DNA from: Mobula hypostoma
Lineage: Eukaryota
Length of the DNA stretch: 64,000 nucleotides
Direction of reading: 5' to 3'
Assembly (NCBI RefSeq): GCF_963921235.1
Contig: NC_086108.1
Location: 310,001 to 374,000, forward strand
The notes under the pieces are model-generated. The model worked only from the letters and a program-made list of their open reading frames with translations. It made no database searches and was not told the DNA's origin. The translations under genes and the position numbers were made by a program. Below, piece by piece: positions 1 through 11,194 of this stretch; position 1 is the first letter of the stretch, and each line of letters begins with the position of its first letter.

Positions 1-208
1 AGGAGATTGATAGGTTCTTGTTTAGTAAGGGGGGAGTCAAAGGTTATGGAGAGAAGGCTGGAGAAGGAAAATATCTCAGCCGTGATGGAATTCTGGAGCA
101 GGCTCGATGGGCTGAATGGCCTCATTTTGCTCCTGTGTTTTCTGGTCTTATGGCAAGAGGTCGATTTTCAAAGGAATAACTGACACCTCCTCTTTGCTTT
201 CCTATTAG

Positions 209-377
209 AGCTGACGAGACACGAAACAACCAGGCTACCTGGGTGGAACAGGTGGAAAAGTATGAAGACGAAAACATGGGGAACTTCAAAAGGATCTACC
301 CGAGCTCCACTTCAGAGAAATACGAGAAGTTCTTGGAAACGGTTGACTCCGAGGCTCGGGAAGAATATGTCAGGCAG
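209..377 (+). CDS. TTLL6: Internal exon of TTLL6/TTLL13-type tubulin polyglutamylase (C-terminal to the TTL domain)
   Basis: Pyrimidine tract plus TAG acceptor ending at 208. Translation ADETRNNQATWVEQVEKYEDENMGNFKRIYPSSTSEKYEKFLETVDSEAREEYVRQ matches the recalled TTLL6/13 motif YExxxxGxFxxIYP...EKYEKF...TVxSxAREEYxRQ. Donor is after 373 (GC) or 377 (GT). TTLL6 versus TTLL13 is not fully resolved. Confidence 0.8.
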
Positions 378-484
378 GTTTACACTGCCCCTCCCAGTCC
401 TGCCCCCTCCCTCCCTCCCTCTCCAGTGTCCCACAGCCACCCAGTGTCCCATCACCTGTCAAACGGTGAAAGGCCTCGAAAGAG

Positions 485-821
485 TGGATTTGGGAGATGC
501 TTCCTATGGAGGGAGCGTCTCGGACCAGGGAACACAGCCTCAGAACAGAGGCGGAGGAGTGTCCTCTTAGAAAGGAGGAGAGGAGGAATTTCTTTAGCCA
601 GAGAGTGGTGAATCCGTGGAATTTGCTCCACAGGTGGCTGTGGAGGCCAAGTCATTGGGTATATTTAAAGCAGATGCTGATAGATTCTTGATTGGTCAGG
701 GCATGAAGCGATAAGGGGAGAAGGGAGGAGATTGCAGCTGAGAGGGAAAATGGATCAGCCATGTTGAAATGGTAGAGCAGACTTGATGGGCCAAATGGCC
801 TAATTCTGATCTGCATCATAT
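485..821 (+). mobile_element. Older CR1 3' end (host of the young CR1)
   Basis: RRNFFSQRVVNPWN motif and CR1-type 3'UTR; the tail resumes (atggtctt) after 4554. A similar 3' end lies at 1-155. Confidence 0.75.
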
Positions 822-830
822 CAGTACTGT

Positions 831-1445
831 TTGAGTACTGTTGGGGGGGACAGCTTACCCGGGGGAAGCGACAGTGGCCCTGCCTCCGGCACAGAGTCTG
901 GCCCTGTAGCTCAGAAGGGTAGGGCAAGGAAGAGGAGGGCAGTTGTGATAGGGGACTCGATAGTAAGGGGGTCAGATAGGCGATTCTGTGGACGCAGTCC
1001 AGAGACTCGGATGGTAGTTTGCCTCCCTGGTGCCAGGGTCCGGGATATTTCTGATCGTGTCCAAGATATCCTGAAGTGGGAGGGTGAAGAGCCAGAGGTC
1101 CTGGTACATATAGGTACCAATGACATAGGTAGGAAAAGGGATGAGGTCCTGAAAGAAGAATATAGGGAGCTAGGAAGGGAGTTGAGAAAAAGGACCGCAA
1201 AGGTAGTAATCTCGGGATTACTGCCTGTGCCACGCGACAGTGAGAGTAGGAATGCGATGAGGTGGAGGATAAATGCGTGGCTGAGGGATTGGAGCAGGGG
1301 GCAGGGATTCAAGTTTTTGGATCATTGGGACCTCTTTTGGCGCAGGTGTGACCTGTACAAAAAGGACGGGTTACACTTAAATCCTCGGGGGACCAATATC
1401 CTGGCAGGGAGATTAGCGGGGGCTACTGAGGTGACTTTAAACTAG
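831..1445 (+). CDS. CR1 ORF1 C-terminal SGNH/GDSL esterase domain (partial)
   Basis: Motifs VIGDSIVRG, CLPGARV, HIGTND and DGLHLN; ends TTA AAC TAG. Confidence 0.9.
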   Translation: MSTVGGDSLPGGSDSGPASGTESGPVAQKGRARKRRAVVIGDSIVRGSDRRFCGRSPETRMVVCLPGARVRDISDRVQDILKWEGEEPEVLVHIGTNDIGRKRDEVLKEEYRELGRELRKRTAKVVISGLLPVPRDSESRNAMRWRINAWLRDWSRGQGFKFLDHWDLFWRRCDLYKKDGLHLNPRGTNILAGRLAGATEVTLN

Positions 1446-4400
1446 AATGGTTGGGGGGTGGGAATCAAATTAAAGCGGCTAGGTGTGAGGAGGTTAGTTC
1501 ACAACAGAGGGATGGGAACCAGTGCAGAGAGACAGAGGGGTGTAAAGTGAGCGTAGAAGCAAAAAGTACAAAGGGGAAAAGTAAAAGTGGCAGGCCGACA
1601 AATCCAGGGCAAGCATTAAAAAGGGCTAAGAGAGTTGTAAAAGAGTGCCTGAAGGCTTTATGTGTCAATGCAAGGAGCATTCGTAATAAGGTGGATGAAT
1701 TGAAAGTGCAGATTGTTATTAATGATTATGATATAGTTGGGATCACAGAGACATGGCTCCAGGGTGACCAGGGATGGGAGCTCAACGTTCAGGGATATTC
1801 AATATTCAGGAGGGATAGACACGAAGGAAGGGGAGGTGGGGTGGCGTTGCTGGTTAAAAAAGAGATTAACGCAATAGAAAGGAAGGACATAAGCCGGGAA
1901 GATGTGGAATCGATATGGGTAGAGCTGCGTAACACTAAGGGGCAGAAGACGCTGGTGGGAGTTGTGTACAGGCCACCTAACAGTAGTAGTGAGGTCGGAG
2001 ATGGTATTAAACAGGAAATTAGAAATGTGTGCAATAAAGGAACAGCAGTTATAATGGGTGACTTCAATCTACATGTAGACTGGGTGAACCAAATTGGTAA
2101 AGGTGCTGAGGAAGAGGATTTCTTGGAATGTATGCGGGATGGTTTTTTGAACCAACATGTCGAGGAACCGACTAGAGAGCAGGCTATTCTGGACTGGGTT
2201 TTGAGCAATGAGGAAGGGTTAATTAGCGATCTTGTCGTGAGAGGCCCCTTGGGTAAGAGTGACCATAATATGGTGGAATTCTTCATTAACATGGAGAGTG
2301 ACGTAGTTAATTCAGAAACAAAGGTTCTGAACTTAAAGAGGGGTAACTTTGAAGGTATGAGACATGAATTAGCTAAGATAGACTGGCAAATGACACTTCA
2401 AGGATTGACGGTGGATATGCAATGGCAGGCATTTAAAGGTTGCATGGATGAACTACAACAATTGTTCATCCCAGTTTGGCAAAAGAATAAATCAAGGAAG
2501 GTAGTGCACCCGTGGCTGACAAGAGAAATTAGGGATAGTATCAATTCCAAAGAAGTAGCATACAAATTAGCCAGAGAAAGTGGCTCACCTGAGGACTGGG
2601 AGAAATTCAGAGTTCAGCAGAGGAGGACAAAGGGCTTAATTAGGAAGGGGAAAAAAGATTATGAGAGAAAACTGGCAGAGAACATAAAAACGGACTGTAA
2701 AAGCTTTTATAGATATGTAAAAAGGAAAAGACTGATAAAGACAAATGTAGGTCCCCTGCAAACAGAAACAGGTGAATTGATTATGGGGAGCAAGGACATG
2801 GCAGACCAATTGAATAATTACTTTGGTTCTGTCTTCACTAAGGAGGACATAAATAATCTTCCAGAAATAGTAAGGGACAGAGGGTCCAGTGAGATGGAGG
2901 AACTGAGCGAAATACATGTTAGTAGGGAAGTGGTGTTAGGTAAATTGAAGGGATTGAAGGCAGATAAATCCCCAGGGCCAGATGGTCTGCATCCCAGAGT
3001 GCTTAAGGAAGTGGCCCAAGAAATAGTGGATGCATTAGTGATAATTTTTCAAAACTCGTTAGATTCTGGACTAGTTCCTGAGGATTGGAGGGTGGCTAAT
3101 GTAACCCCACTTTTTAAAAAAGGAGGGAGAGAGAAACCGGGGAATTATAGGCCGGTTAGCCTAACGTCGGTGGTGGGGAAACTGCTGGAGTCAGTTATCA
3201 AGGATGTGATAACAGCACATTTGGAAAGCGGTGAAATGATCGGACAAAGTCAGCATGGATTTGTGAAAGGAAAATCATGTCTGACGAATCTCATAGAATT
3301 TTTTGAGGATGTAACTAGTAGAGTGGATAGGGGAGAACCAGTGGATGTGGTATATTTGGATTTTCAAAAGGCTTTTGACAAGGTCCCACATAGGAGATTA
3401 GTGTGCAAACTTAAAGCACACGGTATTGGGGGTAAGGTATTGGTGTGGGTGGAGAATTGGTTAGCAGACAGGAAGCAAAGAGTGGGAATAAACGGGACCT
3501 TTTCAGAATGGCAGGCGGTGACTAGTGGGGTACCGCAAGGCTCAGTGCTGGGACCCCAGTTGTTTACAATATATATTAATGACTTGGATGAGGGAATTAA
3601 ATGCAGCATCTCCAAGTTTGCGGATGACACGAAGCTGGGTGGCAGTGTTAGCAGTGAGGAGGATGCTAAGAGGATGCAGGGTGACTTGGATAGGTTGGGT
3701 GAGTGGGCAAACTCATGGCAGATGCAATTTAATGTGGATAAATGTGAAGTTATCCACTTTGGTGGCAAAAATAGGAAAACAGATTATTATCTGAATGGTG
3801 GCCGATTAGGAAAAGGGGAGGTGCAACGAGACCTGGGTGTCATTATACACCAGTCATTGAAAGTGGGCATGCAGGTACAGCAGGCGGTGAAAAAGGCGAA
3901 CGGTATGCTGGCATTTATAGCGAGAGGATTCGAGTACAGGAGCAGGGAGGTACTACTGCAGTTGTACAAGGCCTTGGTGAGACCACACCTGGAGTATTGT
4001 GTGCAGTTTTGGTCCCCTAATCTGAGGAAAGACATCTTTGCCATAGAGGGAGTACAAAGAAGGTTCACCAGATTGATTCCTGGGATGGCAGGTCTTTCAT
4101 ATGAAGAAAGACTGGATGAACTGGGCTTGTACTCGTTGGAATTTAGAAGATTGAGGGGGGATCTGATTGAAACGTATAAGATCCTAAAGGGATTGGACAG
4201 GCTAGATGCGGGAAGATTGTTCCCGATGTTGGGGAGGTCTAGAACGAGGGGTCACAGTTTGAGGATAGAGGGGAAGCCTTTTAGGACCGAGGTTAGGAAA
4301 AACTTCTTCACACAGAGAGTGGTGAATCTGTGGAATTCTCTGCCACAGCAAACTGTTGAGGCCAGTTCATTAGCTATGTTTAAAAGGAAGTTAGATATGG

Positions 4401-4450
4401 CCCTTGTGGCTACAGGGGTCAGGGGGTATGGAGGGAAGGCTGGGTTCTGA
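1430..4450 (+). CDS. CR1 ORF2: AP-endonuclease plus reverse transcriptase, no AUG before the EN domain
   Basis: NARSI, TETW, YRPP, MGDFN and SDH (EN); KSPGPDG, YRPVSL, DFQKAFD, GVPQGSVLGP and FADD (RT). Frame opens at 1430 after TGA 1427-1429; first ATG at 2054. Confidence 0.95.
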   Translation, partial: GDFKLEWLGGGNQIKAARCEEVSSQQRDGNQCRETEGCKVSVEAKSTKGKSKSGRPTNPGQALKRAKRVVKECLKALCVNARSIRNKVDELKVQIVINDYDIVGITETWLQGDQGWELNVQGYSIFRRDRHEGRGGGVALLVKKEINAIERKDISREDVESIWVELRNTKGQKTLVGVVYRPPNSSSEVGDGIKQEIRNVCNKGTAVIMGDFNLHVDWVNQIGKGAEEEDFLECMRDGFLNQHVEEPTREQAILDWVLSNEEGLISDLVVRGPLGKSDHNMVEFFINMESDVVNSETKVLNLKRGNFEGMRHELAKIDWQMTLQGLTVDMQWQAFKGCMDELQQLFIPVWQKNKSRKVVHPWLTREIRDSINSKEVAYKLARESGSPEDWEKFRVQQRRTKGLIRKGKKDYERKLAENIKTDCKSFYRYVKRKRLIKTNVGPLQTETGELIMGSKDMADQLNNYFGSVFTKEDINNLPEIVRDRGSSEMEELSEIHVSREVVLGKLKGLKADKSPGPDGLHPRVLKEVAQEIVDALVIIFQNSLDSGLVPEDWRVANVTPLFKKGGREKPGNYRPVSLTSVVGKLLESVIKDVITAHLESGEMIGQSQHGFVKGKSCLTNLIEFFEDVTSRVDRGEPVDVVYLDFQKAFDKVPHRRLVCKLKAHGIGGKVLVWVENWLADRKQRVGINGTFSEWQAVTSGVPQGSVLGPQLFTIYINDLDEGIKCSISKFADDTKLGGSVSSEEDAKRMQGDLDRLGEWANSWQMQFNVDKCEVIHFGGKNRKTDYYLNGGRLGKGEVQRDLGVIIHQSLKVGMQVQQAVKKANGMLAFIARGFEYRSREVLLQLYKALVRPHLEYCVQFWSPNLRKDIFAIEGVQRRFTRLIPGMAGLSYEERLDELGLYSLEFRRLRGDLIETYKILKGLDRLDAGRLFPMLGRSRTRGHSLRIEGKPFRTEVRKNFFTQRVVNLWNSLPQQTVEASSLAMFKRKLDMALVATGVRGYGGKAGF
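1436..1445 (+). promoter_or_regulatory. Candidate -1 ribosomal frameshift slippery site U_UUA_AAC followed by UAG
   Basis: X_XXY_YYZ heptamer phased on the last two ORF1 codons; a -1 slip enters ORF2. Confidence 0.6.
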
Positions 4451-4659
4451 GTTGGATGATCAGCCATGATCATAATAAATGGCGGTGCAGGCTCGAAGGG
4501 CCGAATGGCCTACTCCTGCACCTATTTTCTATGTTTCTATGTTTCTATGTTTCTATATGGTCTTAAGCACATTCTCTACTACCCCTCTATAATCCCTCCC
4601 CAATCCTTTCACCCTCTTTCTAATCCCACACCACTTCCCCACTACCCACAACACAATTG

Positions 4660-5155
4660 TTCGCGTTCTGGTTGCCTCATGATTGGAAAGGTGCAGAGGA
4701 GGTTTACCAGGATGCTGCCCATGTCTTTATGGGAATGGGTGAACGAGTTAGGGCTTTTCTCTTTGGAGCGAAGGAGGGTGAGAGGTGACTTGATGAAGGA
4801 GATGAAAAAGGCATAGATCAAATGGGCAGTCAGAGACTTTTTCTCAGGTTGGAAGTGGCTAATGGGGAAGGGGGGCATCATTTTAAGGTAATTGGAGGAA
4901 AGTATAGGGGGGATGTCAGAGGTAAATTCTTCACACAGAGAATAGTGAGTGCATGGAACACCCTGCCAGGGTTGGTGGTAGAGGCAGATACATTAGGGAC
5001 ATTAAAGAGACTCTTAGATGGGCACATGGATGATAGAAGAATGGAGGGCTCTGTGGAAGGGAAAGGTTAAATTGCCCTTAAAGTAGGTTAAAGATTAGCA
5101 CCACATCGTGGGGTGAAGGGCCTGTGCCTGTACTGTGCTGTCAGGTTCTATGTTC
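4660..5155 (+). mobile_element. Degenerate CR1 3' fragment
   Basis: VQRRFTRMLP, LGLFSLERRR and FFTQRIVSAWN remnants. Confidence 0.75.
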
Positions 5156-5164
5156 TCTCCCTCC

Positions 5165-6255
5165 ACAGCTATATATTCTTACCATCATTAAGGACCCCCA
5201 CCACCCAGGACATGCCCTCTTCTCATTGCTACCATCAGGGAGGAGGTACAGGAGCCTGAAGACCCACAGTCAACGATTCAGGAACAGCTTCTTCCCCTGT
5301 GCCACCGGATTTCAGAATGGACATTGAGCCCAGGAACACCACCTCACTGTTTCTTGCAGTCTTTTTGCACTACTCATTCAGTTTAATTTTTAGTATGTTT
5401 CCTATTGCAACTTACAGTGTTTTTATGTCGCAAGTTTCACAACAACTTTCCCAATATATGTCAATGATGTGAAACCTGATTCTGATCAAGTGTGGTGATT
5501 CATCACTGGTGATACGGAACAGAATCAGAATTTGGTTCATATCACTGGCGTACGTGGTGAAACTTGTTGTTACGTGGTAGCAGTACAATGTAATACATAA
5601 TAATCAAAACTGTGAATTACTGTATGTATATATAACAGTTAAATTAATTAAGTAGTGTAAAAAGAGGGGGAGCAAAGTAGTGAGCTCGTGTCCATTCAGA
5701 AACCTGATGGCTGAGGGGAAAGAGCTGTTCCTGAATTGTTGCGTTTGTGCCTTCAGGCTCCTGTACCTCCCCCCTGATGGTTGCAGTGAGAAGAGGGCAT
5801 GCCCTGGGCGATGGGGGTCCTTGATGGTGGAGGCCATCTTTTTGAGGCATCGCTCCTTGAAGATGCCCTGGATGCTGGGGAGGTTAGTGCTCATGGTGGA
5901 GCTGACTGAGTTCACAACTTTCTGTGGCTCCTTTCGGTCCTGTGCAGTGCCCACTCCCCCACCATACCAGATGGTGATGCAGCCGATTAGAATGCTCTCC
6001 ATGGTATATCTGTAGAGATTTGCAAGTGTCTTTGTAGACCTACTAAATCACTTCAGCCTCCTCATGATACATAGCCGATGTTGTGCCTTCTTTGTAACTG
6101 CATCGATATCCTCAGAGATGTTGACACCCAGGAACATGAAATTGCTCACTCTCTCCACTTCTGATCCCTCTGTGAGGACTGATGTGTGTTCCCTCGTCTT
6201 ACCCTTTGAGGTCTGCAATCAGTTCTTTGGTCTGACTGACGTTGAGTGCAAGGTC
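5165..6255. mobile_element. Two Rex1/Babar-type LINE 3' fragments, tail to tail (+ about 5165-5485, - about 5520-6255)
   Basis: IKDPHHPGHALFSLLPSGRRYRSL...FRNSFFP on +; ESILIGCITIWYG...IKDPHRPGHALFS on -. Confidence 0.7.
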
Positions 6256-6464
6256 AGGTACACTTCCCATTCCTATGTCAAAGAGCACCCCACCCCCCTC
6301 ACTGTTAGACTGACGGGTGATTCTTGCCCCCGGTACTGCTCCCTCTGGAACAGCCGAGCGTGCTGTCCCTACTGGGCATAAGGTTGGAACATTGAAGGGG
6401 TGGGAGAGGGCATTGTTATTATTGGTACGATGGCTTGGTATTGAAAATCTCGATACCTCTCCAG

Positions 6465-6642
6465 GCAGATACGCAGGGAAATGCAGCAGAGGCAGGAGCA
6501 GAAGGAAATGCTCCTCAAAGAACTGGGGTTCCCTGAAGAGAACCTGCAAGAAGAGTCCCAGTTGCAGAAGAATCCCACCCTGTTGATCTTGGTGAAGCCA
6601 AAGTCACCAGAAGGACTGCAGACATCATCATCCTCCACTCCT
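6465..6642 (+). CDS. TTLL6: Next TTLL6-like exon (QIRREMQQRQEQKEMLLKELGFPEENLQEESQLQK...SSTP)
   Basis: Acceptor ctctccAG at 6463-6464 (or AG at 6467-6468); donor CCT|GTAAGA. Phase-compatible with the previous exon and resembles the TTLL6/13 RQ..ExxxKxEQ...QGES segment. Confidence 0.72.
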
Positions 6643-6789
6643 GTAAGAGTTTCTCTTGGTTTCTCTTGGTTGACGTGCTAAGTCGCCTTACGTGGGACTA
6701 ATGATTTAATCTACGAGATGTAGATGATTTCAGCTGAGTTGACATCTTGTAGATGATTTACAGCTCAGCTCAAAGCAACCTCTCAGCTA

Positions 6790-8640
6790 AGTCAAGATTG
6801 GGAATTAAATATCCAAGGATATCAGGTTATACGGTTTGATAGGCAGAAAGGCAAGGGAGGTGGGGTAGCGCTCTAAGGATGAGATCAGTGCGACAGTGAG
6901 AGACGATATAAGATCTAAGGAGCAGAATGTTGAGTCCACCTAGGTAGAGATTAGGAACAGTAAGGGAAAAAAAAATCATTGGTGGGAGTTGTCGATCAGC
7001 CACCAAATAATAACATTACTTGGTTACAGTGTCACAGGCAATAAACAGAAATATCTCAGGCATGTAAGAATGGAATAGCAGTTATCATGGGAGACTAACT
7101 TGCACATAGATTGGGTGAATCAAGTTGGTCGAGACAGTCTTGTGGAGGACTTCATAGAACGCATAAATGATGGCTTTCTTGAACAGCGTGTTACTTAACC
7201 TACAAGAGAATGTGTTGTCTTAGATCTGGTCCTGTGCAATGAGAAAGGTAAAATTAGTGATCTTGTAGTTAGGGATCCTCTTGGAAAGAGTGATCACAGT
7301 ATGACTGAGTTTCCCATACAAATGGAGGGTGCAAAAGTAGTCTGGGAACACAGGCTATATGGTGGGACTATTGAGGAGCAGTGGAAGACTTTCAAAGAGA
7401 TTTGTCACGGTGCTCAACAAAAGTATATTCCAGTTAAAAGCAAGGACAGTAAGGGTGGGGAGAGCCAGTCTTGGATAACTAAGGAAATTAAAGAAGGTGT
7501 TAAACTAAAAGCATGTGAATAGAAAGCCACCAAGAGGAGTGGGAAACTGGAAGACTGGAAAAATTTCAAAAAGCAACAAAGACCCATCAAGCAACTAATA
7601 AAGAAAGGGAATAAGGAAAGAAAATAAACTAAAATTCTCTGGATTGTGGGCAGGTTCTGGTGGATTAGAAGACAGCGAATGTCACGCCACTGTTCAAAAA
7701 ATGATGTAGGCAAAAGCAGGTAACTACAGGTCAGTTAGTTTAACATCTGTAGTTGGGAAAATGCTTGAAGCTATCATTAAAGAAGAGATAGCGAGACATC
7801 TGCCAAGAAATGGATCCATCAGGCAGATGCAGCATGGATTCAGCAAAGGCAGATCCTATTTGACAAACTTACAGGAGTTCTTTCAGGATATAACAAGTGC
7901 AGTGGATAGAGGGGAATAGATGGACATTATTTACTTGGATTTCTGGAAGGTGTTTGATAAGGTGCTGCATAAAAGACTTAGCCATAAGATAAGGATGCAA
8001 AGAGTTGGGGTGATGTATTAGCATGGATACAGGATTGGTTAATTGAAAGAAAGCAGAGTTGGGATACATGGGTGTTACTCTGGTTGGCAATCAGTGTGAG
8101 CGGTGGTGCCATATGGGTAGGTGCTGGGCCTGCAACTGTTCGCGATATATATTAACGATCTCGAAGAGGGAATCGAGTATAGTGCATCGCTTAAGTTTGC
8201 TGATGGTACCAAATTGAGTGGAAAAGTAAATTGTGCAGAAGATACAGAGAGATATGTATAGATAGGTTAAGTGAGTGGGCAAGGGTCTGGCAGATGGAGC
8301 ACAATGTTGGTAAATGCGAGGTCATCCACTTTGGAAGGAAAAATGGAAGAGCAGATTATTATTTAAACTGTAAAAATTTCCAGCATACTGCTATGCTGAG
8401 GGACTTGGGAGTACTTGTGCATGAATCACAAAAGGTTGGTTTGCAGGTGCAGCAGGCTATCATGAAAGCAAATGGAATACAGTATTGGCCTTCATTACGA
8501 GAGGGACTGAATTGAAGAGCAGGGAAGTTAAGCTGTAACTGTACAGGGTACTGGTGAGGCTGCACCTGGAGTACTACATGCAGTTCTGGTCTCCATACTT
8601 GAGGAAGGATTTACTGGCTTTGGAGGCAGTTTGATGGTCA
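6790..8640 (+). mobile_element. Old fragmented CR1 ORF2 (EN-RT)
   Basis: Remnants of GKGGGVAL, PLGKSDH, KFADGTK and GKCEVIHFG with many stops and frameshifts. Confidence 0.8.
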
Positions 8641-10094
8641 GGTTGGGATTGGTGCGGGGAGAGTAGAGGGCAGTGCATTCAGTGGAGGAGTGATGAAGTC
8701 GATGTCCCGTCGGCAATTCGAGGTGGGAAGATCCAGAGCAGGCAGAGAACCAGAGCGGGGAGTCGAAGGAGAGGAGGAGGTGAGTGAGGGTAATTTCAGA
8801 GATGTGAGAGCGGATCTTTGACACAGAGAGTGGTGGGTGCCTGCGGTGGTGGCCGAGATAGATACATTAGAGATTTTTAAGAGACGTTTAGATAGGCACT
8901 TGAATTTGAGGAAGGTGAGAGGATACGGACATTGTGTAGACAGGAGAGATGAGCTTAGTTAGCTATTTGATTACTAATTTAATTGGTCTGGCACAACATT
9001 GAGGGCTGAAGGGCCTGTTCCTGTACTATACTGCTGTATGTTCTATTAAAGGACTCCTGTCCTCAGCTGCAGGGATATCTTTGAATGAACGTCTGAGGGT
9101 CACGCCAGTGGGTCTTTTCACTGCTTTAGCCTTCAGCCGAAGCAGGGCTTTGGTTCGGAGGTTGGGAACGGGAGCTGGCTTTCAAGTTAGCAACCAAACC
9201 TGTTGGCAGATGTTTGCCCTGGCCAGACAGCTTGGTGTCAGCGTGAGCGAGAGAGAGAGAGAGGATTCCAGTCTTTCTGCATGTAAGGATGTAATGCTGA
9301 GGCTTTATAAGGCAGTAGTGAGGCCTCACCTGGAGTCTTGTGTGCATTTTTGGGCCCCTTATCTCAGAAAGGATGGACTGATATTGGATGTTTGAATAGG
9401 CAGTTCAGGCAATGCATCACCAAGTGATTAGATAGGGTGTCAAAGGTTAAAGGGAAAATGGGTTTGAGAGGGAAATGGATCAGCCATGATGAAACAGCAG
9501 AGCAGACTCGATAGACTGAAAGGCCTAACTCTGCTCCAATGTCTTAAGTTCTTCCGGTCTTTCATATGGAGACAGTCCTCCAGTCCGCTGAAGGAGTCTG
9601 TTAGTGAGCTGGACCTGGAGGTTCTGCATTAGTCGGAATGGACCATGGATGTTGTGTCCTAGCTGTCTACATGATGTGCAAGCCAGGGAAGTACAACACA
9701 GAGAGCAAGTTGTTGCCCACACAGCAGGCTAGCTCTCTCCATGCAGCTGATGAATGCAAAGGAATGGCAGAGATCGACAGTTTGGCATCAGCCCAAAGCG
9801 ACTGGTTTTAAGGCGTCAGTAACCCCACTAGGTGCCTTCTCCTGTCAGTAGAAACGGTTCCGCCAGTCTTAGTAGCTCAGCCAGACGTGAAGGCCAGGAG
9901 CTGGACTTGGTTGTCAGAAGCCTGCCCTGCCGTGCAATGTGATAATGTCTGCTCTATGCTGACTACAATTCTTTTTTTCCTGTACTGGTTTACGTATTAA
10001 TAAACAGCCAGTAGGTGGAGATTGTGTCTCTCTCAGCCTTTGGCAGTCCATCAGGGTCAAGCATATTTTGCTTCCAACCCACGACACACACACC

Positions 10095-10780
10095 AAGTGC
10101 TGGAGGAACTCAGCAGGTCAGGCAGCAACTCCGGTGAGGAATACAGTCGATGTTTCAAACCGAGACCCCCTCATCAGGACTGGAAAGGAACTGGGAAGAA
10201 GCCAGAATGAGACTGGGAGGTGGTGGGAGCGTGGAGGGAAGGAGTACAAGCTGGCAGGTGATAGGTGAGACCAGGTAAGGGGGAAGATGGATAAAGTAAG
10301 AAGCTGGAAGGGTTTAGGTCAAGGGTTCCCAATATCATAAAACCACAAGATATGGGAGCAGAATTAGGCCATTAGTCTGCTCTGCATTTCATCATGGCTG
10401 ATCCACTTTCCCTCTCAGCCCCAATCTCCTGCCTTCTCCCTTTATCCCTTCATGCCCTGACCGACCTCTGCCTTAAATATACAAAAATACTCGGCCTTTA
10501 CAGCTGACTGTGGCAATAAATACCACAGATTCACCACTTTCTTCTCATCTTCCTATTCATCTCTAAAAGGACACCTCGCTATTATGAGTTTGTCCTCTGG
10601 TCTTAGACTCCCTACCATAAGAAACATCCTCTCCACATTCACTCTGAGACCCCTTGCTTAATTGTACTGGTCCATGGCAAGTAAAAGGTTGGGAACCCCT
10701 GGTAGAGGTGGAAGAGTTAAAGGGCTGAAGGAGGAGGAATCTGATGGGAGAGGAGAGTGGACCATGGGAGAAAGGGAATT
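10095..10780 (-). mobile_element. Penelope-derived 3'/pLTR fragment interrupted by a CR1 3' end (about 10335-10655)
   Basis: Purine-rich pLTR-like sequence, hammerhead-like motif at 10144-10182, and a CR1 tail on the minus strand. Confidence 0.55.
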
Positions 10781-11194
10781 AGGAAGGTCTTCATTGAGTT
10801 CACAACATCCAATCTGCTCTGGTACCACATTTTTATGTGGGCTGTCCTGCTGAGACTCTGGACAATGTTGGCCCCTCCAGGACATTGATAGTTGGGTCTT
10901 AAACAACTGTTGGGTCATTGAATATCAGGGGTAAGCAGTTAGATGCCCTCTTGCTGGAGATATCATTACCTGGTGTACTGGTGGCATGATAACTTGGCTT
11001 CCTGGTGTCTGGCTATAACACTGAAGAGTCCCAAGCCTACCGTCTCCCCTGTACCACTGGGACCTTTCTTACCTGTCTGCTGTAGTAGTGAAATCTGCCC
11101 CAAAACCTTGTAAATTATAATTCTTTGAGGACAAAGAAATCTGGCTGTGGGAAACAAGCTTTGATTGTGTAAAGCTTTTCATTGATGGCACGAA

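Larger units (their letters stand above)
822..4554 (+). mobile_element. Young CR1 LINE, 5'-truncated within ORF1, uninterrupted ORF2
   Basis: SGNH-esterase ORF1, APE+RT ORF2, (TTCTATGT)n tail at about 4527-4554, and candidate TSD ATAT (818-821 / 4555-4558). Inserted into the tail of an older CR1. Confidence 0.95.

Noticed and set aside
378..611. Pro-rich continuation of ORF 243-611
   Set aside because: This is read-through into the intron and an old CR1 fragment beyond the donor.
831..1445. Standalone or horizontally acquired GDSL lipase gene
   Set aside because: An SGNH esterase domain is an established part of CR1-group ORF1, and it is directly coupled to ORF2 here.
1789..4473. Multiple antisense ORFs over CR1 ORF2 (also at 33-35 kb)
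   Set aside because: These are shadow ORFs of the RT coding strand, recurring only because the copies are homologous.
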